NCBI GenBank assembly: GCA_016181405.1
Contig: JACOZJ010000002.1
Coordinates: forward strand, 10,608 to 74,607
Source of the DNA: Candidatus Wildermuthbacteria bacterium
GTDB taxonomy: Bacteria; Patescibacteriota; Minisyncoccia; Minisyncoccales; UBA10102
Direction of reading: 5' to 3'
DNA: 64,000 nucleotides
Shown here: piece by piece, positions 9,549 through 19,441 of the stretch
How positions within the stretch are numbered: the first letter of the stretch is position 1
Layout: the number at the start of each line of letters is the position of its first letter
The notes under the pieces: model-generated
The model's input: the letters and a program-made list of their open reading frames with translations, nothing else
Told to the model about the DNA's origin: nothing
Databases searched by the model: none
Made by a program: the position numbers and the translations under genes

Positions 9549-11227
9549 CATTTCTTAAAATAAATGGTTTCTCCTGGCTTCAAAACTCCCTTACTTGCCT
9601 CTTCTCCTTCCTTGAGAGAAGGGCTGGTCGTTCGCGCTTTTTGCAGAGCTTCCTGCAAAACTGCCTGCAGACCATGCGTATCTCTCTCTTCTCTCTTTCC
9701 TTCTTCCCGTTGCGGCTTTCCCTTCGAAAGATCAGAAGGCTGCCCTTTTTGTGGGCGAGAACCCGCCACCTCACTTCCTTCCTGTTTCCGCTTGAGTTTT
9801 TTTCTGCACGCTTTGCAATACACCGGTCTTTTCCCGTCGGGAGGAAATACCACTTTGGTATCTCTGCCGCAGTTTGAACATCTGGCATCGTATAAAACCT
9901 GCTGTTCTTTGGGAGCGGGCACGGGCGGGGCCGCGGTCAATCCTTCTATTCCGGTCCACTGCATTATTTGCGCTTCCACGTTCGCAACCGCAGTCGCATA
10001 GTGCTCACGCGAAAACTGAATAACTTCTTCGCGATATGATTTTTCTGGCGCAGTGGGTGGAGGAAGCGTGGTCGCGGAAAATGGCCGTGACGCAATCCCG
10101 TCGATCATCAATTTTACGTAAATGGTGTACTTCCCCAGATTCATAAAATCTATCGCTACAAACTCGGGGAAAAACTCTTTCTCAAGAAACTCTGCGTCTT
10201 CTGCGCCAACGCGAAACGATACCATAGTCCCCACGTTTCCGAACACCGCGTCTCTCACTTTCGCCTCTGTCCCAACCCCAAGCTGCGCGATGTATTGATG
10301 GCTCAAAATTAAGGAAAGGCGGTATTTCCGTGCTTCAGACAAAATATTCACGAAGCTCTCTGTGGCAAAGTGCTGAAACTCGTCGATATAAAGAAAGAAA
10401 TCCTGCCTCTGTTCCTCTGGGACATCCACGCGCGACATTGCGGCAAGCTGAAGCTTCGTGATTAGCAGGCCGCCGATAAGCCTCGAATTGTCTTCACCGA
10501 TTCGCCCCTTTGAGATATTTACAAGAAGGATTTTATTTTCGTCCATCGCTTTTCGCATATCAATGGAAGACCTCGTCTGCCCAACAATATTCCTAATCAA
10601 AGGGTTAGACGTAAGCTGCCCTACCTTGTTCTGCACGGCAGCCGTTGCTTCCACCTCATACCGCTGGGTATATCGGGCGTACTCTTGCAGCCAGAAAGTT
10701 TTTACCACGGGATCTGACACGTGCTCCACTACTTTCTGACGATATTCAACGTCAACCAGCATCCGGTTGATGCCCAAAAGCGTGGAATCGGGATATTCCA
10801 ATAGGGCAAGCACTACATTGTTCAAAATATATTCCATGCGCGCGGACCACACGTCGGGCCAGATCTTCTTAAACACCGACATTAAACCAGAAGCCACCAT
10901 ATGGCGTTTATCTGGATCTACCTGCTCCATAACGTTAAACGCGATAGGGTGAGTCATATCTGCCGGATTAAAATAGATGACGTCCTTTACGCGCTCCTCG
11001 GGAACAAAATCCAGAAGCTCCTCTACCGCTTCGCCATGCGGATCCACAAAACCGACTCCGTGGCCGTTTTGTATATCCTGCAAAGCCATATTCTTTAGCA
11101 TCTCGGTTTTGCCCATTCCTGTTTTTCCGACAGCGTAAAAATGGCGCCGACGATCGTCGAGCTTTATTCCAAACTTTCTTCTCATATTCCGAAAGTTTGT
11201 CTCCCCAAAGAAATTAATTTCTTCCAT
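9548..11227 (-). CDS. VirB4/VirD4/HerA-like P-loop ATPase with C-terminal CxxC-x17-CxxC domain
   Basis: Walker A GKTGMGKT, Walker B LYIDEFQ, SEARKY; CSNC...CKAC. Confidence 0.85.
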   Translation of the reverse strand: MEEINFFGETNFRNMRRKFGIKLDDRRRHFYAVGKTGMGKTEMLKNMALQDIQNGHGVGFVDPHGEAVEELLDFVPEERVKDVIYFNPADMTHPIAFNVMEQVDPDKRHMVASGLMSVFKKIWPDVWSARMEYILNNVVLALLEYPDSTLLGINRMLVDVEYRQKVVEHVSDPVVKTFWLQEYARYTQRYEVEATAAVQNKVGQLTSNPLIRNIVGQTRSSIDMRKAMDENKILLVNISKGRIGEDNSRLIGGLLITKLQLAAMSRVDVPEEQRQDFFLYIDEFQHFATESFVNILSEARKYRLSLILSHQYIAQLGVGTEAKVRDAVFGNVGTMVSFRVGAEDAEFLEKEFFPEFVAIDFMNLGKYTIYVKLMIDGIASRPFSATTLPPPTAPEKSYREEVIQFSREHYATAVANVEAQIMQWTGIEGLTAAPPVPAPKEQQVLYDARCSNCGRDTKVVFPPDGKRPVYCKACRKKLKRKQEGSEVAGSRPQKGQPSDLSKGKPQREEGKREERDTHGLQAVLQEALQKARTTSPSLKEGEEASKGVLKPGETIYFKK

Positions 11228-11230
11228 ATA

Positions 11231-12559
11231 TTATTCAAGAGGCAACCCGCGCGGAGCTTCTCCCTTTCTTGTCTCCACACGCGGCATTGTACCCGAAGGA
11301 AAGACATCCCTGCCCGGGAAGTGAAACATTGTCGCCAGCTCCTCAATATTCAGCATGAACGTTCCCCCGCTTCTTGGCCAATAAAAGTTATCGCGCGAGC
11401 AATATAGCCGGAACAAACGCCTGCGCCTGATATATCTTTTCCGCTCGTCTAAGAAAAAAGTCCGTACCGTATACACTTTGGTGGTTTGGAGCGCTCGCAC
11501 AAAATTGAGATTTGCCGTGTTGAATTGCTGCATATACTGGAACGGAAGCACTTTGGTAATGCCCAGATACTTTTCGGCTCTCGCCAAATAAACGAAGCGG
11601 GCGGTGGTATTGAACATCTGCTTGCTGATTTTCTCTTCTATGGCAGTAACCACGTCCCGCTCTCCGGTGGTTAAACGAAGCTCGGGCGCCATAAGCCCTT
11701 GCGGCTCTTCTTTCCCTCCGGTCATCTTCCGTTCAGTATCTTCTCCGGTTGTCAGCATATGGCCCACGGCGCGAATATCTTCTGTTATAGGAATCGTAGG
11801 CTCTCCTCCCTTTCCCTCGGTTATTCGGTGCACAAGCTTATCCACCTCTGCTTTTCCGCGTTTATAAATGTCGGTTTCAGCTGGAGCGCGAGGCGTTAAA
11901 AGAAACTGAATCCACAAATGCTCCCCTTGTCCCAACTGTGACATTCCTTCCACCAAACTCCCTACCGGATCCACCCGCTGCTCCGCCTTTATATCCTCCT
12001 TTTCCTCGAAAAACCGCTTATATGTACGAAGAGGATACACATCGGACTTCTCAAGCTTAAACGTCGCTCCCCACATACGCCATTCTTTATTGGGCACGTT
12101 CCGGGGGACTAGTTTGGTATAATCTTCAACTTCTGTTAATTCGGCATCCGGAAACTGCGCGTATAGCACAGGTTCCATAATTCGCCGTGATTGTTCTGGT
12201 ATACGGATATAAAAATGCACATTGCCTTCGGTAGACACTAATTCCAAACTAAAGCCAAGCTGGTATTGTCCGTCTATCCATACTTCCCGAAAATTCGGAG
12301 GATCATGTATCTGCCACCAGCCCGCGAATACGCTTTCCATAGCTTTGATGGGTTTTTCCACGTCGGGCGGTATCTTTATCTCAAGCACAATACGCCGCAG
12401 CGTAAGCTCAAACTTGTACATGCGCCACCACTTCCAGAAATACATGGCCTGTGGCCAAAGGAAAAACGGCGCGAAAACCCACCACCAGGTTTTCACAAAC
12501 TCCCAGAGAAACTGCACAAAGGGGAAGGTAAGGCGAAAAAAAGTTTCCGTAACTTCCAT
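11231..12559 (-). CDS. Membrane-anchored hypothetical protein preceding the ATPase
   Basis: Trp-rich N-terminal TM, FSLEL, YPLRTY, LNIEELATMFHFP; ends 3 nt before the ATPase start. Confidence 0.75.
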   Translation of the reverse strand: MEVTETFFRLTFPFVQFLWEFVKTWWWVFAPFFLWPQAMYFWKWWRMYKFELTLRRIVLEIKIPPDVEKPIKAMESVFAGWWQIHDPPNFREVWIDGQYQLGFSLELVSTEGNVHFYIRIPEQSRRIMEPVLYAQFPDAELTEVEDYTKLVPRNVPNKEWRMWGATFKLEKSDVYPLRTYKRFFEEKEDIKAEQRVDPVGSLVEGMSQLGQGEHLWIQFLLTPRAPAETDIYKRGKAEVDKLVHRITEGKGGEPTIPITEDIRAVGHMLTTGEDTERKMTGGKEEPQGLMAPELRLTTGERDVVTAIEEKISKQMFNTTARFVYLARAEKYLGITKVLPFQYMQQFNTANLNFVRALQTTKVYTVRTFFLDERKRYIRRRRLFRLYCSRDNFYWPRSGGTFMLNIEELATMFHFPGRDVFPSGTMPRVETRKGEAPRGLPLE

Positions 12560-12584
12560 TCTCCTATTGTACACCAATTTTGCC

Positions 12585-13640
12585 TTACTCTCCAATACAA
12601 TAGTATCCCTCCCCCTCCCGCAAGAAACAAGTCTTATCCTGAAGATTTAAGAGAATCGTGCTTTCTTTCACCTGCCGCTGGGCAAGTGTTTTTTGCACAA
12701 TTTCTTCTTTGGTCATTGCTTTGTTGTTCTCACGCAGGATTTCCTTGATCACATCTTTTACGGTTCCAGGTTTAAACCCCCATTCTTCCAATGCGTACGT
12801 TCCCCTTCCCACCAGCACAAACCGGGAATCCTTAATCAGTTCGTTGTGAACGGTCTGAGGCAATACTACCCTTTTCCGCCAACTAGCAGATTGTTCTGCC
12901 AAAACTTCTTGCAATCGTTCTATAAGTTTTGCCACCTCCACAAAGTGAAGAGGCCTTCCCGCATCGTGAAGCACAACATAGGCTTTGTCGCGCATTCCTT
13001 TGGGATATACCTCGGGCCATTCGCGCAACCCCCATTTTCCATTATGCGTTCGAGCAACGAGTTTGGAAATTTCAAGCAAAGAGGCCAAAGTACGAGGATG
13101 CAGCTTTTCTCCCTCATGCACACCATGCACTTTTGCCAATTCTTCAAATTCAAGCGGCGCTTTCCGATCTTGCAGATAGGAGCAAATTGCTTCCAGAAGC
13201 CCGGGGCTGATTTCTGCAATCTCCTTTTTGCTTGCCCAAAAAGGATGCACGTATTCCGTTTCTTTATGCCTATGAAACTGATCTCCCAAATGCAAGAGAA
13301 AAATAATATGATTTTCAATCTTCGGAGTTCCCACTTCCTGAACCAAAAGGTCCTGTCGCTTCACGTTGCCTGACTCACGAAGCGCCAAAAGAAACCGCTG
13401 AAAGATTGCATCAAGTTTCTCCTGCTCTTTTTTACGCGAAGCAGCTTCCTTCACCTCACGAAGCCCGTCTTCCACGATCTGGCGCACACGCTCGCGCGTA
13501 ATGCCGTGACTTTGTCCGATTGCCTCCAAAGTTTCAGGCTCCTGCTCTTGCAACCCAAATCTCCTCTGCAGGATATCTCGAGCACGAGGATGTAAATCGG
13601 AAAGAAGAGCAACGGTCAATTTTTCGTAGGGAAAAGTCAT
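12585..13640 (-). CDS. Sigma70 region-4 HTH plus HARE-HTH (RpoE/delta-like) protein
   Basis: RRFGL..ETLEAIG..GITRERVRQI; TVHNELIKDSRFVLVGRGTYAL. Confidence 0.8.
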   Translation of the reverse strand: MTFPYEKLTVALLSDLHPRARDILQRRFGLQEQEPETLEAIGQSHGITRERVRQIVEDGLREVKEAASRKKEQEKLDAIFQRFLLALRESGNVKRQDLLVQEVGTPKIENHIIFLLHLGDQFHRHKETEYVHPFWASKKEIAEISPGLLEAICSYLQDRKAPLEFEELAKVHGVHEGEKLHPRTLASLLEISKLVARTHNGKWGLREWPEVYPKGMRDKAYVVLHDAGRPLHFVEVAKLIERLQEVLAEQSASWRKRVVLPQTVHNELIKDSRFVLVGRGTYALEEWGFKPGTVKDVIKEILRENNKAMTKEEIVQKTLAQRQVKESTILLNLQDKTCFLREGEGYYCIGE

Positions 13641-14524
13641 TAGGAGATTAAACCAAACTTTCCTTTACTTGTCAAGAGGGGCGGCGCCACAAACAAGGAA
13701 GACCAGTTTCCCGCCGCAATACCAATGGCTAGAGTAAGCGCAAAATCCCGAAGTGTCCCCCCTCCAAAAAATAGAATAGCGAGCACCGCAAGCAACGTGG
13801 TAAGAGAGGTATTCATGGAACGGGTGAATGTTTGCTCCAAACTTAGCCTTAAAGTATCTGCGAAATCCGCTCCTACCTTCTTGAGCAGATTTTCGCGAAC
13901 GCGATCAAACACTACCACGGTATCGTTTACGGAATATCCAACCACGGTCAAAAGCGCAACCACCACCGGAATAGTGATCTGCACCCCATAGAATCTGCCC
14001 AAAAACGCGAGCACTCCCAAGGGGAGTAAAACATCATGCAGCAATGCCGCAAGTGTTGCCAAACTCCACTGCCATGAATGCACCGGCTGCTTAACCTTTC
14101 GAAAAGCAAACATTACATAGATAACAATGGAAGCTAAGGCAAGAGCCAGAAGGATTGCGGCCCTACTCTGCAATTCTTTTCCTATTACCGGTCCAATGGA
14201 TTCAAAGCGCATCTCCTGCGTCCCTTCTCCAAGAGCAGACAACACCTCTTGGTGTTTTTCTTCCGAAAGATCTCCCATACGCAGAAGAATTCCACGCTCC
14301 TCCACTCGTTGAGCAGAAACCAAACCAACATCTAAACCCGAAAGCTGCGAACGCACTGATTCTAAAGATGGAGGGTCTTGCTCGTAAGCCACCTCCAGAA
14401 TGCTCCCTCCAGTAAACTCTATGCCGGGCTTCAAACCAAAAACCGCAATACTCATAATACTCGCGAGCATCAAAATCAAAGAAAGCGCGAAGAAAAATTT
14501 GGAATATCGCAGAATACTTTTCAT
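13640..14524 (-). CDS. secF: Protein translocase subunit SecF
   Basis: GIEFTGG, IGPVIG, GYSVNDTVVVFDRVRE. Confidence 0.95.
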   Translation of the reverse strand: MKSILRYSKFFFALSLILMLASIMSIAVFGLKPGIEFTGGSILEVAYEQDPPSLESVRSQLSGLDVGLVSAQRVEERGILLRMGDLSEEKHQEVLSALGEGTQEMRFESIGPVIGKELQSRAAILLALALASIVIYVMFAFRKVKQPVHSWQWSLATLAALLHDVLLPLGVLAFLGRFYGVQITIPVVVALLTVVGYSVNDTVVVFDRVRENLLKKVGADFADTLRLSLEQTFTRSMNTSLTTLLAVLAILFFGGGTLRDFALTLAIGIAAGNWSSLFVAPPLLTSKGKFGLIS

Positions 14525-14525
14525 A

Positions 14526-15869
14526 TTATTTCCACAGCCATCGAAATTCCCCAAATCTTGTATTCAAAAAAAGGCGCAGGAAATTCCTGGTCACAAAAAT
14601 CGCAGAGAACATACTCATTAAAATTCCGAGCGTGAGAGCCAGGGCAAACCCCCGCACAAAGGAGGTCCCAAACCAAAAAAGGATTATAGCAACAAATAGC
14701 GTCGTAATGTTTCCGTCGCGAATGGAAGGCCATGCCCGCCGGAATCCTTCCTCCCAGCTTATGGCAAAAGATTTTCCCTCTAAGAATTCTTCGCGAAAAC
14801 GAGAGAAAATAAGAATATTTGCGTCAACTGCCATACCTACAGAAAGAATGATTCCCGCGATTCCCGCTAACGTGAACGTAAACCCGAACATTTTAAACAA
14901 AAACAAGAGAAATACCCCATACAGAAAGAGCGCCACAACTGCAATAACGCCGGGAATCCGATAGAACAAAATCATGAATACAGCTACAAGTAAAAATCCA
15001 ACTGCGGCCGCGCGCAAACTTTGTTCCAAAGAAACTTTGCCCAACGTGGGCCCCACGGTCTGCTGAGAAATTAAACTAATGGAAACAGGCACAGCTCCCG
15101 CATTGAGATTGCGCACGACCTGTCTTACCTCTTCTATGGTAAAATCACGTCCCGTAATCTGCGCCCGGCCACCCGAAATTTCTGTCTGCACAACAGGTGC
15201 TTGCAGTAAAACATTATCAAGAAAAATCGCAAGCGGCTTGCCCACGTTGCGTTTTGTTATTTCCTGAAAAAGTTGAGCCCCTTCGCTGTTAAACGTCAAA
15301 AGAATCGTTGGCTCTTGCGTCAGCTGTTCAAAACCTACTTCAGCGCGCTCCAGAAAACTTCCATTAAGCGGAGTAGACTGAAATGGATCCTCCAGGTCCC
15401 CCTCTCCGGTTTCAGCAACCTGTTGGTTTTTCCGCACAATTTCTTCATAGTTCTCTTTAGGCTCACGGAAATCAAGAAAAGGCGCCCGCCCAATAAGCTC
15501 AATGGCCTGTTCAGAATCAATCACACCAGCGATTTCCACGATTAACCTCCGTTCATCTCCCCGCCCCTCGATTTGCACCAAGGGTTCTGCCACTCCAAAA
15601 TAATTCACTCTGCGCTCAATTACATCACGCAGTCCTTCCATCGCAGAATCGTAGTCGGCAGAATCCACACGCGATAAATCGGCTTGATATACCAGGTGAA
15701 CGCCGCCTTGGAGATCCAAGCCCAAGCGAAAGGGTATTTCCGGCACTTGCGGGCTGCCGGGAAGTTTTGCCAATTGAGGATTTATCTGTTGCGAAAAGTC
15801 AAAAAATCCGGCAGCCACCCCTGCCAGAACAATAACCAATACAATAGTAACCACCTGCCATTTTTTCAT
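14526..15869 (-). CDS. secD: Protein translocase subunit SecD
   Basis: LGLDLQGG, VGPTLG, GMAVDANILIF; start at 15869 or 15875. Confidence 0.95.
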   Translation of the reverse strand: MKKWQVVTIVLVIVLAGVAAGFFDFSQQINPQLAKLPGSPQVPEIPFRLGLDLQGGVHLVYQADLSRVDSADYDSAMEGLRDVIERRVNYFGVAEPLVQIEGRGDERRLIVEIAGVIDSEQAIELIGRAPFLDFREPKENYEEIVRKNQQVAETGEGDLEDPFQSTPLNGSFLERAEVGFEQLTQEPTILLTFNSEGAQLFQEITKRNVGKPLAIFLDNVLLQAPVVQTEISGGRAQITGRDFTIEEVRQVVRNLNAGAVPVSISLISQQTVGPTLGKVSLEQSLRAAAVGFLLVAVFMILFYRIPGVIAVVALFLYGVFLLFLFKMFGFTFTLAGIAGIILSVGMAVDANILIFSRFREEFLEGKSFAISWEEGFRRAWPSIRDGNITTLFVAIILFWFGTSFVRGFALALTLGILMSMFSAIFVTRNFLRLFLNTRFGEFRWLWK

Positions 15870-15937
15870 CCCCATCACCTTACCACACTTTGTTCTCCCT
15901 CGCAAGCAGAACGTATATGCCGCGGAGTATAGAGCGA

Positions 15938-16011
15938 GCATCGCGGGTTCTTCCGCAGACGCGAGGGTCCACGCCGCAGGCGGGGTAAAGCGCAAGGAAA
16001 ACCCGCGATGC
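15938..16011. repeat. Long inverted repeat or structured element
   Basis: GCATCGCGGGTT / AACCCGCGATGC perfect 12-bp arms. Confidence 0.75.
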
Positions 16012-16034
16012 GAGCGATAAGAATTACTCCTTGC

Positions 16035-16679
16035 TCATCCAGATAGTCCCGCAAGAAATGTGGCGATGATGGCGACGAGAAAAATGCCGTCGAACACCCC
16101 AGCTCCTCCAATAGACATAATGCCTTGCCCCTCGCGCATCACCCGCGGCAGATGAAGCACATCCCCGCCGATAATCACGCCAAGCACGCCGGAAATAAAG
16201 GCAACGGGGGCTGCTGCTCCAAACGCCAGAACCAAAGCAAAAATTGTGGCGAAAAAGGCCGGGAAAAACACTGGAATCGCAATCCCCTTGCCCGGAATAA
16301 ACCGGGCAAGCAGAAAACAAATTACAATCATAAGAGAAGAAGCAAGCAACGTTTCACGAAGCGGCACCCTCGGCAACAAATACAGCACCAAAACCAACGG
16401 AATAACCGCTCCACCCACATTTATGGAAAGACCCTGCGCCTGCATTCGCCGCCGTTTCATTAATCCAAAAAAACGGGATTCTTCCACTTCCATTAAACGC
16501 CTTCTTCCTAAAGGAATATTAATCAGAGAACCCACAAGTATAAGAAGCAGCACTCCAAACACTGCTTCCGGCGCAAATCCTAACTTCTCAAAACCGGATA
16601 TCGCAACATGGAACAACCCAAACAACACCAAAAAAGGAATCGCCAATACAATGGCTGCAATAATAAGAAAAATCGCCAT
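16035..16679 (-). CDS. DUF1614-like membrane protein
   Basis: GSLINIP, INVGGAVIP, SIGGAGVFDGIFL. Confidence 0.8.
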   Translation of the reverse strand: MAIFLIIAAIVLAIPFLVLFGLFHVAISGFEKLGFAPEAVFGVLLLILVGSLINIPLGRRRLMEVEESRFFGLMKRRRMQAQGLSINVGGAVIPLVLVLYLLPRVPLRETLLASSLMIVICFLLARFIPGKGIAIPVFFPAFFATIFALVLAFGAAAPVAFISGVLGVIIGGDVLHLPRVMREGQGIMSIGGAGVFDGIFLVAIIATFLAGLSG

Positions 16680-16681
16680 AG

Positions 16682-17458
16682 TTATTTAGTTGGGAATAAA
16701 GCGTTTTCGCCTTCGGTTAATTCTCGATAAATCACAGGGTTTGTGGCGATAAAATCAAAATTTCGATAATCATATCCCTTACTGCCAATGTTCGCCACAA
16801 CTCCCCCTGCTTCAGCTACTAACAAAGAGCCCGGAGCAAAATCCCATATCTTTCCGAAGGGATCCGAAGATATTCTTGCGTCTAACCTTCCTGAAGCCAC
16901 CATTGCATATTCAAATCCCGCACTAATGAAGTGTAAGAGGACAGTTTTGCTATTTAGCTCAAGATATTTTTGTGCATTTTCTTTGCGCTTTTGCACATTT
17001 GTTTCAAAAGAGATATATCCTTCTTTCAAAGAACGACTGCTTACATGTATTTGCTCTTTGTTTTTCCAAGCGCCTTTACCCTTTTCTGCCCAATAAAAAT
17101 CCCCTTTCACAAAGTCGTAGATGACAGAAAAAGCAACATTGCCATCTTCAACAAGAGCAAGCATTGTCGTGCAGAAAGGAAGGCCCCGCACAAAGTGTGC
17201 CGTGCCGTCTATTGGATCACACAGCCAAAATCGTTCTCCATCCTTATCGCCGCCAAACTCTTCTCCGAAAAATTCAATCGATGGGAAAGCTTTCCGAAGC
17301 TGCGTTGCAAGAAATTTTTCAGTTTCCGTGTCCAAATCAGTAACAACATCAACATACGTGTTCACTTTTTGGTGAACATTTTTTACATTCCCAAACTGCT
17401 TTTTTAGTTCTTTTCCTGCTTCACTCAAAAGCGGAAACACAATTTTTTTATAATCCAT
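16682..17458 (-). CDS. Inositol monophosphatase family
   Basis: GEE, DPIDGT, WDFAPG. Confidence 0.9.
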   Translation of the reverse strand: MDYKKIVFPLLSEAGKELKKQFGNVKNVHQKVNTYVDVVTDLDTETEKFLATQLRKAFPSIEFFGEEFGGDKDGERFWLCDPIDGTAHFVRGLPFCTTMLALVEDGNVAFSVIYDFVKGDFYWAEKGKGAWKNKEQIHVSSRSLKEGYISFETNVQKRKENAQKYLELNSKTVLLHFISAGFEYAMVASGRLDARISSDPFGKIWDFAPGSLLVAEAGGVVANIGSKGYDYRNFDFIATNPVIYRELTEGENALFPTK

Positions 17459-17614
17459 ACTTTTTACCACCATCTGTGTACGTTATGCTATCTCATAGTA
17501 CACCAAAAGAAACCGCTTTGCATCTCCCCACAGAAGGAAAACTTTTCCCTTTTGTCTTGCCGTTCGCCGCGTTTTGTGTATAATATGGCATACGCACTTT
17601 CGGGAGGAAGCGAG

Positions 17615-18046
17615 ATGGAATGGACAAAGGTTCTCACGCCAGAGGAATACGAGCAGAACCGCAAAGGGATGGCGAAAGCACGTGGATTTCGCCGGCTCGG
17701 GAGCCGACTGTTCCGTACAACACTATTCTTGGGCTTCACTCTGATAAGCGTCGCTGGAGCGGGCAGCATCGGATGGCTCTCGCAAGACATCGTCATAATC
17801 GTCTTGACGATTGCGACGATACCGATTCTTTTGCTCATAATGGCTACCACATGGGCTATGGACAAATACTGGCAAACTCGACCCCGCAGTCAGTTCACGT
17901 TGATCACGTGCCCCAATTGCCAGCACCAAGACCGGGAGGGACACTTTACCCCAATCGAGCTCCTCGCCTGCCCAAGTTGCAGGAACACGGCTGCGCCGCA
18001 GGAGTACCAAACCGACGTGGTTGATGTACACTATAACCCGTCGTAG
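17615..18046 (+). CDS. Two-TM protein with C-terminal zinc ribbon
   Basis: SD GGGAGG, TTGCCG-16-TATAAT upstream; CPNC...CPSC. Confidence 0.7.
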   Translation: MEWTKVLTPEEYEQNRKGMAKARGFRRLGSRLFRTTLFLGFTLISVAGAGSIGWLSQDIVIIVLTIATIPILLLIMATTWAMDKYWQTRPRSQFTLITCPNCQHQDREGHFTPIELLACPSCRNTAAPQEYQTDVVDVHYNPS

Positions 18047-18057
18047 TGAGCACCCTA

Positions 18058-18100
18058 GAAACCCCAAGTAACACATTCTTACGTGCTTGGGGTTTTTCTT
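18058..18100. terminator. Bidirectional terminator
   Basis: AAACCCCAAG...CTTGGGGTTT followed by T-rich tract. Confidence 0.75.
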
Positions 18101-18139
18101 TTATCTCAATTCCATAATTTATTTCAGTCATTCACCATT

Positions 18140-18592
18140 TCATCTCCAACCATATTCGCTGTACATTACATCTTTGTCTATATATCCCAAAACTTCTCGA
18201 ATATAAGGAATGAGGTTTTCGGGAAGATCACTTTTATCAAACCAACTCAAATCATCGCACTTGTGCGGTTCAACATTTGCAATCTCCCCACTCCACCGCG
18301 CTGCAACGAAAAACACATCCGCACGTTCATTGTAGGAATCCTCACCCTTGCGATGCATCAAATGAACAAATCGCAAATCTTGCCCTCTCAATTCAACTCC
18401 CGCTTCTTCTTTCGCCTCGCGGATTATCGCATTGATATACGACTCCCCCTGCTCCACATGCCCGGAAACAAAACTGTAATTCCCATCTTCGTATCCCGTG
18501 TTGTATCTCCGCTGCAGCAGAATTTTATTTCCGTCTTGCAAAATTACATATGCCGCCGGAATAATTCTATGCCTATCTTTATTATTCGTCAT
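18140..18592 (-). CDS. NUDIX hydrolase
   Basis: GHVEQGESYINAIIREAKEEAG. Confidence 0.9.
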   Translation of the reverse strand: MTNNKDRHRIIPAAYVILQDGNKILLQRRYNTGYEDGNYSFVSGHVEQGESYINAIIREAKEEAGVELRGQDLRFVHLMHRKGEDSYNERADVFFVAARWSGEIANVEPHKCDDLSWFDKSDLPENLIPYIREVLGYIDKDVMYSEYGWR

Positions 18593-19013
18593 CGCCAAGC
18601 AACTTAAATAATCTTTCTTTTTCTTCTTCTGGTAAATCTTGATACAAAGGTTTTTGCACGGGGTCTGTCGCTTGGTGCAATTCGTCGTTCAAGTTGCGGG
18701 GATACAAATGAAAATGAAAATGTTTTATGCTCGTTCTGCTGTCTGAAACATAAGGTTTGTAATTTTGGCGAATGTCGCAGCCCGCAGAAAGTTTTGACAA
18801 AATCTTTTCTTCAAACTCAATAAGCAAATCTAAGAGTTCATTTCGCTCTTCTTTGGTCATTTCGGAAAGCCGCGTCACGTGCCGCTTTGGAATCACGAGC
18901 AAGTGGCCCGGCATTAGCCGCGGATTGCTCAAAATCACATGCATATACTTCCCCTCTTTGAGCGTCCGCTGTTCTTCTCTTGCCGATCCGCAAAACGGAC
19001 AATCCTTATTCAT
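18582..19013 (-). CDS. HIT family nucleotide hydrolase
   Basis: CPFC, GHLLVIPKRH, HFHFH. Confidence 0.9.
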   Translation of the reverse strand: MNKDCPFCGSAREEQRTLKEGKYMHVILSNPRLMPGHLLVIPKRHVTRLSEMTKEERNELLDLLIEFEEKILSKLSAGCDIRQNYKPYVSDSRTSIKHFHFHLYPRNLNDELHQATDPVQKPLYQDLPEEEKERLFKLLGDDE

Positions 19014-19441
19014 ATGTCTTTGTCTACTGCTTCCATAATCAGGTGGGTGCCGGGGAGCACATCGAGATGTTGGATCTCCTCTCTCCCATACCATTTCACT
19101 TCGGAAACTTTTTTGTCTAAAGGTTTCGGTTCGCCCGATATATGCCTCGCCTCAAAACTCCAAATAAATGCCTGAAGAGCAATACCATCATTCCTTTGCC
19201 ATATTTTATTATAAGCAAGCGGCAGAACTCGCACTATCTCAACAACACAGCCAGTTTCTTCTTTACACTCTCGACAAGCTGCTTGCTCTGGCGTCTCGCC
19301 GAACTCCACAACTCCGCCCGGAAACTCCCATTTGCCGTCTGCCTCCGGAATCAAAGGGTCAATCCTCTTTTGCATGAGAAATTTTCCCTCTGCGTTGCGG
19401 ACACACGCCACCGCAATAACCTTTTGCTTTTTATCCTCCAT
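19010..19441 (-). CDS. NUDIX hydrolase (MutT-like)
   Basis: WEFPGGVVEFGETPEQAACRECKEETG. Confidence 0.9.
   Translation of the reverse strand: MEDKKQKVIAVACVRNAEGKFLMQKRIDPLIPEADGKWEFPGGVVEFGETPEQAACRECKEETGCVVEIVRVLPLAYNKIWQRNDGIALQAFIWSFEARHISGEPKPLDKKVSEVKWYGREEIQHLDVLPGTHLIMEAVDKDI

Noticed and set aside
17946..18131. ORF beginning MTEINYGIEIK shares NYGIEIK with the flippase N-terminus
   Set aside because: The DNA differs at several positions, the ORF crosses a terminator and a real gene, and the match is plausibly chance.
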